Notes: generated by a model from the letters alone, not told the origin. DNA of 64,000 nt from Longimicrobiales bacterium (GCA_965198065.1 CBDAON010000004.1:96001-160000); one strand, 5' to 3'; positions 19,435 through 29,317 are shown, counted from the stretch's first letter. Numbers and translations: made by a program.

Positions 19435-20154
19435 ATGAGGGAGGGACGCGGGGACCGGGAGCTTCGAACCGTCCGGCTCGAGGTCGGAGCCGCGCCCTAT
19501 GCCGAAGGATCGTGCCTCGTCTCCTTCGGGCACACGAGGGTTCTCTGCGCCGCTACGGTGGAGGAGAGCTTGCCTCCATGGAGGGCCCAGGGAACGGCCG
19601 GTTGGGTGACGGCCGAGTACGCCATGCTCCCTCGAGCCACGCACTCCCGCGCTCCCCGCGAGAGGGACGGCGCGCGCGGGCGGAGCCAGGAGATCCAGCG
19701 ACTCATCGGACGAGCGCTCAGGGCAACCGTGGACCTCGCGGCCCTCGGCCCCCGGACCATCATCGTGGATTGCGACGTGCTGCAGGCGGACGGGGGAACT
19801 CGGACGGCGGCTGTGACGGGCGGAGGCGTGGCGCTCTCCCTCGCGTTCCGGGGCCTGGTGGACGGGGGGCTGGTTAAGCATCATCCGATGCGCGCGCTCG
19901 TCGCCGCGGTGAGCGTCGGCATAGCGGCCGGGCGCCCTCTCCTTGACCTCGAGTACTCCGAGGATCGGCAGGCCCAAGTGGACATGAACGTGGTCGCGCT
20001 CGAGGACGGCCGCCTGGTCGAGGTGCAGGGTACCGCCGAGAGCGAAGCGTTCCCCAGGAGTGTGCTGGACGAACTCATGGACCTCGCGGAACAGGGGATC
20101 CGCGAGCTCCACGGCCTTCAGCGACGGGTCCTCGAGCGGGCGGCTCCGGAGTGA
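19435..20154 (+). CDS. rph: Ribonuclease PH
   Basis: GWVTAEYAMLPRAT, EIQRLIGR, DCDVLQADGGTRTA. Confidence 0.96.
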   Translation: MREGRGDRELRTVRLEVGAAPYAEGSCLVSFGHTRVLCAATVEESLPPWRAQGTAGWVTAEYAMLPRATHSRAPRERDGARGRSQEIQRLIGRALRATVDLAALGPRTIIVDCDVLQADGGTRTAAVTGGGVALSLAFRGLVDGGLVKHHPMRALVAAVSVGIAAGRPLLDLEYSEDRQAQVDMNVVALEDGRLVEVQGTAESEAFPRSVLDELMDLAEQGIRELHGLQRRVLERAAPE

Positions 20155-20191
20155 TGAAGCACCCCGCCGGCACGCTGGTCGAGGGCTTCCG

Positions 20192-20833
20192 GTGACGCCC
20201 GAGCGGAAGGCGTTCCTGGTCGCGACCCGCTCTCGGGGGAAGCTCCGCGAAATCCTGAAGATCCTCGATGGGCTGAACGGTATCCGACTCCGGAGCCTGG
20301 AGGAGCTTGGTGTGCCGCCATCCCACGAGGAGGAACGCGTCGAGGTCTTCGACACGTTTGGCGAGAACGCCGTGGCCAAGGCTCGGTACTTCCGTCGCCT
20401 CACCGGAATGCCGACCATCGCCGACGACTCCGGGCTCTCCGTGGACGCGCTCGGGGGTGCGCCCGGTGTCCATTCACGTCGGTTCGCGCCCGGGACGGGC
20501 GGGCTCTCCAAGAGCGAGCAGGACGAGGCTAACAATCGGCATCTGCTGACACGGCTGGAGGGTGTCCTTCCGGAAACTCGGACGGCGCGATACGTGTGTG
20601 TGGCGGCCATGGACCTCGGAATCGGCAAGCCCCTCACGTTTCGGGGGGAAGCGGCCGGCGCGATCCTCGAGGCCCCAAAAGGAAGCGGGGGGTTCGGTTA
20701 CGATCCTCTCTTCCTGGATCCCACGGATGGTCGAACCTTCGCCGAGCTCTCGGCTGCCGAGAAGGACTCGCGGAGCCACCGTGGGGCCGCCTTTGGCGCC
20801 CTGAAGGCCCACCTGCTAGGGGACGCCTCGTGA
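20192..20833 (+). CDS. rdgB: Non-canonical purine NTP pyrophosphatase
   Basis: ADDSGL, APGVHSRRF, GFGYDPLF, SHRG; follows rph. Confidence 0.94.
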   Translation: MTPERKAFLVATRSRGKLREILKILDGLNGIRLRSLEELGVPPSHEEERVEVFDTFGENAVAKARYFRRLTGMPTIADDSGLSVDALGGAPGVHSRRFAPGTGGLSKSEQDEANNRHLLTRLEGVLPETRTARYVCVAAMDLGIGKPLTFRGEAAGAILEAPKGSGGFGYDPLFLDPTDGRTFAELSAAEKDSRSHRGAAFGALKAHLLGDAS

Positions 20834-21153
20834 GCTCCGACCCGGAGACCCCCCAGGAGATCGGACCGAACGGGGACGCGACCGAGCTCCGGATCCGCTG
20901 GAAGGACGACCACGTATCCGAGTATCGACCCCGAGACCTCCGGATGGCGTGTCCGTGCGCCGGTTGCGTGGACGAGATGACAGGGCGTCGGACACTTACC
21001 GAGGCAGCCATTTCAGAGGACGTGTATCCCTTGACGATTCAACACGTTGGCCGCTATGCCCTCCAGTTCGACTGGAGCGACGGACACACCACGGGCATCT
21101 ACCCGTTCAGCTATCTACGGGGCCTCTGCCGGTGCCTTGAGTGCACCGGCTGA
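20830..21153 (+). CDS. DUF971 / GBBH-like N-terminal domain protein
   Basis: LRMACPCAGC and VGRYALQFDWSDGHTTGIY. Confidence 0.85.
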   Translation: MSSDPETPQEIGPNGDATELRIRWKDDHVSEYRPRDLRMACPCAGCVDEMTGRRTLTEAAISEDVYPLTIQHVGRYALQFDWSDGHTTGIYPFSYLRGLCRCLECTG

Positions 21154-21455
21154 CGAGGCGAACAGAGGGTCCGGGAGACGACCCGACCTGGCAGCCCGGT
21201 TCGCTGGGAGCTTACCTGGGGATTCTCGAAATCAACCGGATCTAGAGGGACTGAGCCACGATTCATCATCGATCGGCTTCGGACGCCGGGGACCCCCTCT
21301 GGCGTGGGGCGCCGGCCATCGGCACGCACGTGAACGATGGGGAGGCGGGGGTTGGGGATCAGCCGGGCCGTTCACGATGAGGCTGCGCCGGTTCGGTGAA
21401 TCGCCCTGATCGAAGACGACCCGCGGCGCTCGGGCCCAGAGAGCCCAGCGCGCGA

Positions 21456-21749
21456 TCAGGGCATCCGGTTCACGATCCCAGTGAACTCGTCCAGGTCCCA
21501 GGCCCGCATCGTCGTGCTCCGGACGTTGCCTTGGACCGCGGTGCCCAACGCGAAAGCCATGGCTACCTCTTCATCGTCGGCCTCGGAAACAACGACGACG
21601 TCGTACGGGCCCTGCGTATAGTAGACGCCCAGGACCTTCAGGCCCGCCTTCTCGGCCTCAGCGATCGCGGTCCTCGCTCGCTGCGGTGACTCCGCTACGT
21701 TGCGAATTCCCTGATCGGTAAACTGGTAGAGCGTTACGTACTTGGCCAT
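21456..21749 (-). CDS. GYD domain protein
   Basis: FTDQGIRNV, GPYDVV, GNVRSTT; GGAGG RBS. Confidence 0.85.
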   Translation of the reverse strand: MAKYVTLYQFTDQGIRNVAESPQRARTAIAEAEKAGLKVLGVYYTQGPYDVVVVSEADDEEVAMAFALGTAVQGNVRSTTMRAWDLDEFTGIVNRMP

Positions 21750-22044
21750 GGGTCCTCCAGCGTGGCGGGGCGGTCCTCAGAAGTGCCGCCCCAGTCCAGG
21801 CATTGTACTTCCTCGCAGCAGACGCTGCACCGTTTTGTCGAGCGGAGGTCGCGGCCGGACTCCTCGTAGATGAGGGCCCATGTGAGGGAAGGCTCGCCAG
21901 CGGCGCCGGAGGGCAGTGCTGCTGGACGAATGGCTATGTGACGGTCACCGTTACCCCCTAGGGGGGTCCGCCTCTCCTTGCGGGGCGGGCCCTCCCTAGC
22001 GCATAATATCTGATGTTGGCAGGTCTGTTCACCGTTCGCCCAAA

Positions 22045-23412
22045 GTGAGGAGTCTCGGCTCGAAAACGCGTTTGCACTGGTGGACGGGAGCGCTCGCGCT
22101 CGCGGCGGCGGTCATGCTCGGAGGGAACCTCTCCGCGCAGATGACCGACGGGCAGGTCACGTTTGCGGAGGACGTCGCCTCCATCATCCAGGAGAACTGT
22201 CAGATCTGCCACCAGCCGGGTGGGATTGGGCCGATGGCGCTCAGGAGCTATGAGGAGATCCGTCCGTGGGCTCCGATGATCCGCGAGAGGGTCGCCCGCC
22301 ACGAGATGCCTCCCTACGCGTATGACAGGGACGTAGGCATCCAGGATCTGCAGCAGGACTGGCGGCTTTCCGAGGAAGATATCGCGACGATCGTGGCCTG
22401 GGTCGATCAGGGCGCGGCGCTGGGCGATCCGGCGAACCTGCCTCCGCCGATCCAGCTTGCGAGCGCGGATGAGTGGAGGATGGCCGCCGAGTTCGGACCT
22501 CCGGACCTCGTGATCGGCACGCCGGGGATTATCGAGGTGCCGGCGGCCGGGAACGACATGTGGTATTCGCCGATGATGCCGACGAACCTCGCGGAGGAGC
22601 GCTGCATCAAGGCGCTGCAGGTGAAGCCCGGGGTCGGCAACGCGAAGTCGGTCGTCCACCACGCGAACTCGAGCTTCCAGCTCCTGCAGGAGGACGGCAC
22701 GTACGAGCGGTTTGGTATGTCTACCGAGTACGCGATGGGCAAGTTCGGTGAGATCCTGCCCGAGGGCGTGTGCCGGACGATTCCCGCGGAGGCGTGGGTC
22801 TCCTGGTCCATCCACCTCTTCCCCGGTGGGGTCGGAGGAGGCGCGACGGGTGAGGCGATCGAGGGCAACGTCGTCGAGCTCGGCATCTGGCTGCACCCCG
22901 AGGATTACGAGTGGGAGTACGAGCAGACTCTGTCCGGCTACGGGGACAACGGACCTTCAGGGGAGCTCGTCATGCCTCCGCACGGCACGGCCATGACGAT
23001 CGGGTATCACTCGTTCGACCACCCGGTGCGGATCGACCAGTACCAGCCCCACGGGCACCTGAGGCTGCTCCACGCGTCGCTCGAGGTCTTCTATCCGGAG
23101 ACCGGGGAGACCGAAGTGATCAGCATGATCACGAACTGGAGCGCCACGTGGCATCACAGCCACATTTATGGCGAGGACTCGGCCCCGCTCATTCCGGCGG
23201 GCTCGGTTCTGATCGTCAAGCAGTGGTACGACAACACGGTCAATCACCCGAACAACCCCGACCCGGATCAGTGGGTCGCCGGGGGTAGCCGCACGGCCGA
23301 CGAGATGTCGCACGCGTGGATCGGGATCACGCACCTGGACGAGGAGGGCTACGAGAGACTTCTCGCCGAGCGTGAGGGACGCCAGGACACGGTCGCGCAG
23401 GCCGGGAACTGA
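22045..23412 (+). CDS. Secreted cytochrome c / copper type II monooxygenase-like fusion
   Basis: Signal peptide, CQICH heme motif with downstream MP, then HH, H, HxH and EM in the order of PHM/DBM copper ligands. Confidence 0.75.
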   Translation: MRSLGSKTRLHWWTGALALAAAVMLGGNLSAQMTDGQVTFAEDVASIIQENCQICHQPGGIGPMALRSYEEIRPWAPMIRERVARHEMPPYAYDRDVGIQDLQQDWRLSEEDIATIVAWVDQGAALGDPANLPPPIQLASADEWRMAAEFGPPDLVIGTPGIIEVPAAGNDMWYSPMMPTNLAEERCIKALQVKPGVGNAKSVVHHANSSFQLLQEDGTYERFGMSTEYAMGKFGEILPEGVCRTIPAEAWVSWSIHLFPGGVGGGATGEAIEGNVVELGIWLHPEDYEWEYEQTLSGYGDNGPSGELVMPPHGTAMTIGYHSFDHPVRIDQYQPHGHLRLLHASLEVFYPETGETEVISMITNWSATWHHSHIYGEDSAPLIPAGSVLIVKQWYDNTVNHPNNPDPDQWVAGGSRTADEMSHAWIGITHLDEEGYERLLAEREGRQDTVAQAGN

Positions 23413-23465
23413 TCGACCGGAGGTCGTAGCGTAGTTGCTGGTAGTTGATAGAAGTCGGGAGTTGC

Positions 23466-23531
23466 ACGATGGGGACCGGAGGAATCGCCTGAGCTGACTC
23501 GGGTGTCCGTCGGTCCCCATCGTTCTTTTTC
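23466..23531 (+). terminator. Probable intrinsic terminator
   Basis: acgatggggaccg...cggtccccatcgt stem followed by tcttttt. Confidence 0.6.
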
Positions 23532-23599
23532 AGGTGCGCACAGTAGGAGTACGCGCCCGATGAGGCCGACAGAGGAACACACTGACTAACAAGGAATGA

Positions 23600-23673
23600 C
23601 GGGGCGTGGCGCAGTCCGGTAGCGCGCCTGCTTTGGGAGCAGGAGGTCCCCGGTTCGAATCCGGGCGCCCCGA
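23600..23673 (+). tRNA. tRNA-Pro(TGG)
   Basis: Cloverleaf: CGGGGCG acceptor stem, CCTGC-TT TGG GA-GCAGG anticodon arm, TTCGAAT T-loop; CCA not encoded. Confidence 0.96.
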
Positions 23674-23675
23674 TT

Positions 23676-23726
23676 GAACTTACGGGAACTTACGGACCGA
23701 TGTCCGCGAATTGATGTCCGCGAATT
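23676..23726 (+). repeat. Two tandem direct repeats just 3' of tRNA-Pro (possible integrase arm sites)
   Basis: gaacttacgg x2 (23676-23695) and gatgtccgcgaatt x2 (23699-23726). Confidence 0.6.
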
Positions 23727-24125
23727 GCCCTCAGGAGCGAGCCCTCCGGCGGTGCTCCAGAGCGTTCCTGAGCTGCCCCTCGCGCTGGTAGCGCACTCCA
23801 CGAGTAGTGTGAATCACGGCAGGATATCGTCTAAAGTAAACCAGGACTGCACGATTTGCGTTTCTCGCCGTTCGACCATGCCTGAGTCCACCGCACTAGA
23901 ATGGCGGGGAAATCGCATCAAATCGCGGGAACCCCGGTCGGCTCGAACTGCTAACGGTACCTGCCGGAATAGACGGCCGGCGGCGACCGGAGAGGCCGCC
24001 AAGCCAAGATCGGTTGGCGATCTCTTCGCTCGGTAGCTCCGGCCGTTCCACAATGAGCGATTCCCAAACGCCCCACCGGAATCCGGCGGACCGAATGGGA
24101 TCGCTGCGGACGAGCGTCGAGCGAG

Positions 24126-25397
24126 TGACCTGCCCCGAAGAGCGGTACCACAACCTATGTTAGTCCCAGCACCTGTGGAGGGCGGTGAAGGACGGGCATC
24201 CTCAGGAACCAGGGCGACGGCTTAATCGCCTCAGGGGCCGGGGGAAAGCCGCCGCAGGCGCTGTGGGGTCGGACGGTATCGTACTCGCGCCTCCATTGCT
24301 CGACCAGCACGGCCGCCTCCGCCAACGAGCAGAAGATCTCCCCGTTCAACAGCTCGTCCCTGAGCTTGCCGTTGAAGCTCTCGTTGTAGCCGTTCTCCCA
24401 CGGGCTGCCCGGCTCGATAAAGAGCGTCTCGACGCCCACGCGCCCCAACCACCGCCGCACGGGCTTCGCGGTGAACTCCGGTCCGTTGTCCGACCTCAGA
24501 TACTCGGGAGGGCCCGTGTCGGACGAACAGATCGTCCAGCACCTCGAGCACGTCGTGCGAGCGGATCTTGCGAGCCACCACGATCGCCAGGCACTCCCTC
24601 GTGTGCTCGTCCAGCACTGTCAGCAGCTTCAGCGCACGCCCGTCGTGCGTCCTCGAGGCCACGAAGTCGTACGACCAGACGTGGCCCCGATACAGCGGCC
24701 TCAGCCGGATGCACGATCCGTCGTTGAGCCACAGCCGACCTCGCTTCGGCTGCCGCTCCGGGACCTTCAGCCCCTCCTGCCTCCAGATCCGCTCCACCCG
24801 CTTGTGCTTCACCCCCCAGCCCTCGATGCGGAGCGTGTCCGTGACGCGTCGCTAGCCGTAGCGGCCGAATCGACTCGCGAGTCGCACGATATCACCTCGG
24901 AGCGCCCCCTCGTCACTCGCCACTCTCCTCGCCCCGCGCTGGGTCGTGCGTGGCTGCCCGAGCACCCGGCACGCTCTCCTCTCCGACGCCCCGAGCTGCT
25001 GACGTACACGCACCACACAACGTCGTCGGCCCTCGGGGCTCAGAAGTTTCCCTTGGCCGCTTCCTCCACGATCAGCTTGTCCAGTGTCAAGTCCGCCACT
25101 GCTCGCTTCAGGCGCCCGTTCTCGCGCTCGAGCTCCTTCAGGCGCCGTGCCTGGCTCACCTTCATCCCGCCGTACTCCCGCCTCCACCGGTAGTACGTCT
25201 GCTCGGTGATGCCGAGCTCCCCCCTGATCAGCTTCACGGATTTGCCGCCGGCCAGACCGACCTCTGCCTCCCGCACTTGCAGTGATGATCTGCTCCGGAG
25301 TGTGTCGCTTCCTTCCCATCCTGACCTCCTCGCTGAAAAGCTTCGGACCAGGCCGATCCTAACATTGCACCTGGTCTCGTTTCAGCGGGTCAGGTCA
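24126..25397 (-). mobile_element. IS3-family element A, copy 1 (defective)
   Basis: TGACCTG terminal IRs; orfA HTH and orfB DDE (SDNGPEF, WENGYNESFN); in-frame TAG plus two 1-nt insertions; no TSD. Confidence 0.93.
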
Positions 25398-25414
25398 GAC
25401 CCTAGCGGGGCCTC

Positions 25415-25869
25415 TCACGAACCTATCTCTGTAAGACGAACGTCGTCGCCATCCTCTAATTGGAAACGACACCGCAAATTAACTGCGGCAAATAGCTCAA
25501 TGCGCCGTGGCACTGGCTTAACAGCAGCCCTCCGAACAAGAACTTTTTCGGTTTCGTGACCTACAGTTGCGGTAGCGGAATAGTACTTGTAACCCCCACG
25601 ATATTTGGGAATATGCTCGTATTTCCTCCGGATAGTCGATTTCATCAGGACGCTCGCAAATGAGCGCCTCCAGTTCCCGCAAGGCTTGCTACCGCATTAC
25701 CGTCGACACGGAGATTGAGACTTCCCGGTTCCAAGGAATCCCAATCCATCGCCTTCCGTATTTTCAGTTCACGCTGCGGGTTGAGTCGGTGGATCTCCGA
25801 TTCACCGGGTGGGCCGTCCCGGGAAGATGCGGATGAACTTCGCGACTCAACTTGTCCTACGATGACCAT
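25415..25869 (-). pseudogene. Frameshifted gene resembling CTP-dependent riboflavin kinase (DUF120) fold
   Basis: GQVES..., EPGSLNLRV and IELFAAVNLR..FQLEDGDDVRL across two ORFs; removing two single A residues restores one frame. Confidence 0.4.
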
Positions 25870-26109
25870 TGGTTAAGATTCCCGCAGGTTCCAATCATCG
25901 CCCACGTCCTTGCTTGAGGGGAACAATCTGATCCAGACTCTACGCCGGATCGACACCCGGACGTGCCCCTTTCGATCCATCACGGCCTGACGGAACAGAT
26001 ACCGCCGTTGTATCGAACGGCAGCATGATCCATGAGAGGACACCTTAACGTCGAGTTATATTTGTACTCCGAAGTTCAAATTGTAACGACGAGCAAATGT
26101 CGGTCTCGG

Positions 26110-26420
26110 CTATTGCGAGCCCTGGATCAGGATACCCAACTTGGGATCCCACATCCTCGCACTCGTCCGCCGCCGCCTGCCCCGCGACTTGACCCAACGC
26201 TACAACACCACCCCCGTCCTCATCGAAACCTTCGTCGAAACCCCGCGCTTCACCGGCCGCATCTACAGGGCCTCAGGTTGGATCCACGTAGGAACCACCC
26301 GGGGACGCGGGCGCTACGACACCCACAGGCAGTACGGCAAACCCAGGAAGGACGTCTGGCTCCGGCCCCTTGCCAAACACTGGAAACGCATCCGCAACCA
26401 GAAAATCCAACCCGCCCCGC
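26110..26420 (+). pseudogene. C-terminal fragment of a DUF4338 (DruA-like, transposase-associated) protein
   Basis: LGSHILA...PVLIETFVETPRFTGRIYRASGWIHVGTTRGRGRYD; no N-terminus. Confidence 0.65.
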
Positions 26421-26818
26421 CACGGCTCGACCGAACGCTTACGCCCCACGGGACGACCGAACGGTTTCGGCGAACGGAGCCCGGTCATGGGGATTCCCCT
26501 ACCAACGGAGCAAAGGGTGATCCCAGGGGTGATTGGGTAAATAGGCTAGAATTCGTAACATACTGTATAACATATAGTTAGCGCATTTATTACGGCAGAC
26601 TAGGCGGTGTGCCTCGCCAGCGAGACGAGAGAAGCAAAGGCCGCAACGCCAAGTTGACGGTCCATCGTGCTCAGATTGGCTCTCGACCGTCTTCTCGTAG
26701 AGCTATTCTCGACGAGAGCACTCCCCCGCGAAGGGTCGATCCCGTCCGCCCCGACAGGGGCTAGGCTGCAGCTGGGGGCGTAACCTGCAGTAGTCACGGT
26801 GACATGAGGAGACAAGCA

Positions 26819-29203
26819 ATGCATCATCGAAATCAGCTTCGAATTCACGGGACGAGCGCACGCCGAACGCTCGAAGCTCTGGTAGTCACCGTCGCGCTCC
26901 TTGGAGGCGGAGATCTTTCCGCCCAGCAGACCGGGCAGATCGCCGGGCAAGTGACGAGCGAGGACGGCTCGCCCGTAGTCAGGGCCACGATCCGTGTGCC
27001 AGGTGAGAACCTGCAGGGAACTACGGCGACCGACGGGCGCTTCGTCATCCCCCGCGTGCCTGCCGGCTCCTATGAGGTGGAGATCTACGCGCTGGGCTAC
27101 GGGGACGCGACCCAGCAGGTGCAGGTATCCGCGGGCGGCGTGGGAACGTTGAACGTCCAGCTGGAGGTTCGTCCGGTGGAGGTGCTGGGTGTTCAGGTCC
27201 ACGTTCTCCGCCCCGACCTGCGACACACGGCCCAGATCGAGGCGGACGCGGTTCGCGAGTCCAATCCACGGGACGTGGGCGATGCGCTGAGGGCGATCGC
27301 CGGCGTGGACGCGGTGCGGCGCGGACCCATCGGACTCGACCCGTCGATCCGGGCGCTCCGCGAAACCCAGGTGGGCACTTACATGAACGGCACGCGCCTC
27401 TTCCCGGCCGGCCCGGCCCGCATGGACTCCCCGCTGACCCACCTGGATCCGAGCGCGATCCAGCACATAGAAGTCGTGAAGGGTCCCTACGCCCTCACCT
27501 GGGGGGCCGGGAACATGGCTGCAATCCGCATCGAGACCCGGTCCGTACCGCCCCAGATCCCGGGAGGGCTTCGCGGCACTCTGTCTGCCGGGTACGACAC
27601 CAATCTGGAGGCTCAGGAGTATTCGGGAACCCTGTTCGGCAGCAGCGAGCGCGTGGCCTACTGGGGCCACGGCGTGTGGCGCACCGGGACGGACTACGAG
27701 ACAGGATCGGGCGACGTGATTCCGGCCGACTTCGACTCCTGGGAGGCCCGGGGACAGCTCGGCTACCGGACCGGCGACGCCTCCTGGCTGAGCTTCGACA
27801 TGGGCTACCAGAAGCAGGGCCCGATCGACTATCCGGGCCGCCTTCTAAGCGCCAAGTCCTTCAAGACGAACAACCTCGCGGCCGAGTGGGAGCTGGCCCG
27901 CGCCCAAGGGCTCCTTCGCAACATCGATCTCCTGGTCTACCTGAACAGCGTGGACCACCAGATGGACAACACGGACAAGCCGACGCGCATGGCCATGGAG
28001 GGACGGGTGCCCCCCTTCGCCCTGGACGTGCTGGTGGACTCCCATATCGACGTCACTGGGGGCCGGGCCGCCATCGAGTTGGTCTCGGAGGGCGGCTGGG
28101 ACGTGGAGATCGGGGGTGACGCATACAGCGCTAAGCGGGACGCGGACCGCTTCATCGACGCCCTGGATCCCAACCAGATGACGCCGCCGCTGTTCCCCTT
28201 CCACGACCGGATGTGGCCGGACGCGACGATCACCGACGTAGGTCTATGGACCCGGGCGGACCGGCCCCTGGCCAACAGGCTGAGCCTTTCCGCGGCGGTG
28301 CGCCTCGACCTCGTCTCCGCGGACGCAAAGGACGTGTCCGACACCTTCCTCGACTATGCCGGGGCCACCCGGGCCGACGTGGACGCGTCGGAGACCAATT
28401 TCAACGCGGCCGCCACGCTCAGCGCCAACCTGGGCTCCAACTGGAGCCTTTCGACCGGAGCCGGCTCGGTAGTCCGGACCGCCGACGCCTCCGAGCGCTA
28501 CGGAGACAGGATTCCGGGCACCAGGGCCCAGCTCACCACCGAATTCCTGGGCAACCCCCACCTCGATCCCGAGCGAAGCACCCAGGGCGACATCTGGCTC
28601 GAAGGCCGCTTTCCCAACCTGAGCCTGGACGCCAACGTCTTCGCCCGCCGGGTCAGCGACTACATCACCATCGTTCCGAGGGACCCGGCGGAGGTACCCT
28701 TCCTGCTCCCACTGACGGGCTCGCTCGGCAACACGAACGTCGTCCAGTATGTGAACGGAGAGGCCGACTTCTGGGGGGTGGAGGCATCCGTCGCCTACCG
28801 CTGGAGCGAACGGTTCTCGACAACCGTGGTCGGCGAGTATCTGCGGGGCGACGACACGGAGCTGGACGAGCCGGCCTTCGGGGTCGCCCCGGTGCAGGGT
28901 CGCCTCCGGCTCCGCTACGAAGAGTCGGGGGCCGGATACTTCCTCGAGAGCCTGGTGACCGCAGTAGGGAAGCAGGACCGCCTGGCTGTGAGCCGGGGCG
29001 AGGGCACCCCGACCCCCGGATACGCGACGGTCGATCTACAGGGTGGATTTCAGCCCTATGTAGGAGTGCAAGTCCGTGCCGGGGTAAACAACGCGCTCGA
29101 CAAGCAGTACTACGACCACCTGAACGCGAAGAACCCTTTCTCCCGGACGCCGATTGCCGAGCCGGGCCGCATCTTCTTCATCCGCCTGACCTATTCGTAC
29201 TAG
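26819..29203 (+). CDS. TonB-dependent receptor, OprC-like
   Basis: N-terminal carboxypeptidase-like domain, plug motif RMDSP...IEVVKGPY, DHQMDN, C-terminal EPGRIFFIRLTYSY. Confidence 0.88.
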   Translation: MHHRNQLRIHGTSARRTLEALVVTVALLGGGDLSAQQTGQIAGQVTSEDGSPVVRATIRVPGENLQGTTATDGRFVIPRVPAGSYEVEIYALGYGDATQQVQVSAGGVGTLNVQLEVRPVEVLGVQVHVLRPDLRHTAQIEADAVRESNPRDVGDALRAIAGVDAVRRGPIGLDPSIRALRETQVGTYMNGTRLFPAGPARMDSPLTHLDPSAIQHIEVVKGPYALTWGAGNMAAIRIETRSVPPQIPGGLRGTLSAGYDTNLEAQEYSGTLFGSSERVAYWGHGVWRTGTDYETGSGDVIPADFDSWEARGQLGYRTGDASWLSFDMGYQKQGPIDYPGRLLSAKSFKTNNLAAEWELARAQGLLRNIDLLVYLNSVDHQMDNTDKPTRMAMEGRVPPFALDVLVDSHIDVTGGRAAIELVSEGGWDVEIGGDAYSAKRDADRFIDALDPNQMTPPLFPFHDRMWPDATITDVGLWTRADRPLANRLSLSAAVRLDLVSADAKDVSDTFLDYAGATRADVDASETNFNAAATLSANLGSNWSLSTGAGSVVRTADASERYGDRIPGTRAQLTTEFLGNPHLDPERSTQGDIWLEGRFPNLSLDANVFARRVSDYITIVPRDPAEVPFLLPLTGSLGNTNVVQYVNGEADFWGVEASVAYRWSERFSTTVVGEYLRGDDTELDEPAFGVAPVQGRLRLRYEESGAGYFLESLVTAVGKQDRLAVSRGEGTPTPGYATVDLQGGFQPYVGVQVRAGVNNALDKQYYDHLNAKNPFSRTPIAEPGRIFFIRLTYSY

Positions 29204-29252
29204 ACGGGTCGACTCCCGTCGCACCGCGCGGGCGGAAGCAAGAGGAAAGCGA

Positions 29253-29281
29253 GACGGGCCCGGGGTCTCCCCGGGCCCGTC
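29253..29281. terminator. GC-rich hairpin between convergent genes
   Basis: gacgggcccgggg-tct-ccccgggcccgtc perfect stem. Confidence 0.55.
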
Positions 29282-29317
29282 CCAAGGTTTCCGCAATCGT
29301 CCCCCTCGCCCCCAGCC

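Noticed and set aside
23676..23726. CRISPR-like repeats
   Set aside because: Only two abutting units each, no spacers and no cas genes
26110..26420. Druantia defence system
   Set aside because: Only a short DUF4338-like fragment; no other Dru genes, and the domain also occurs with transposases
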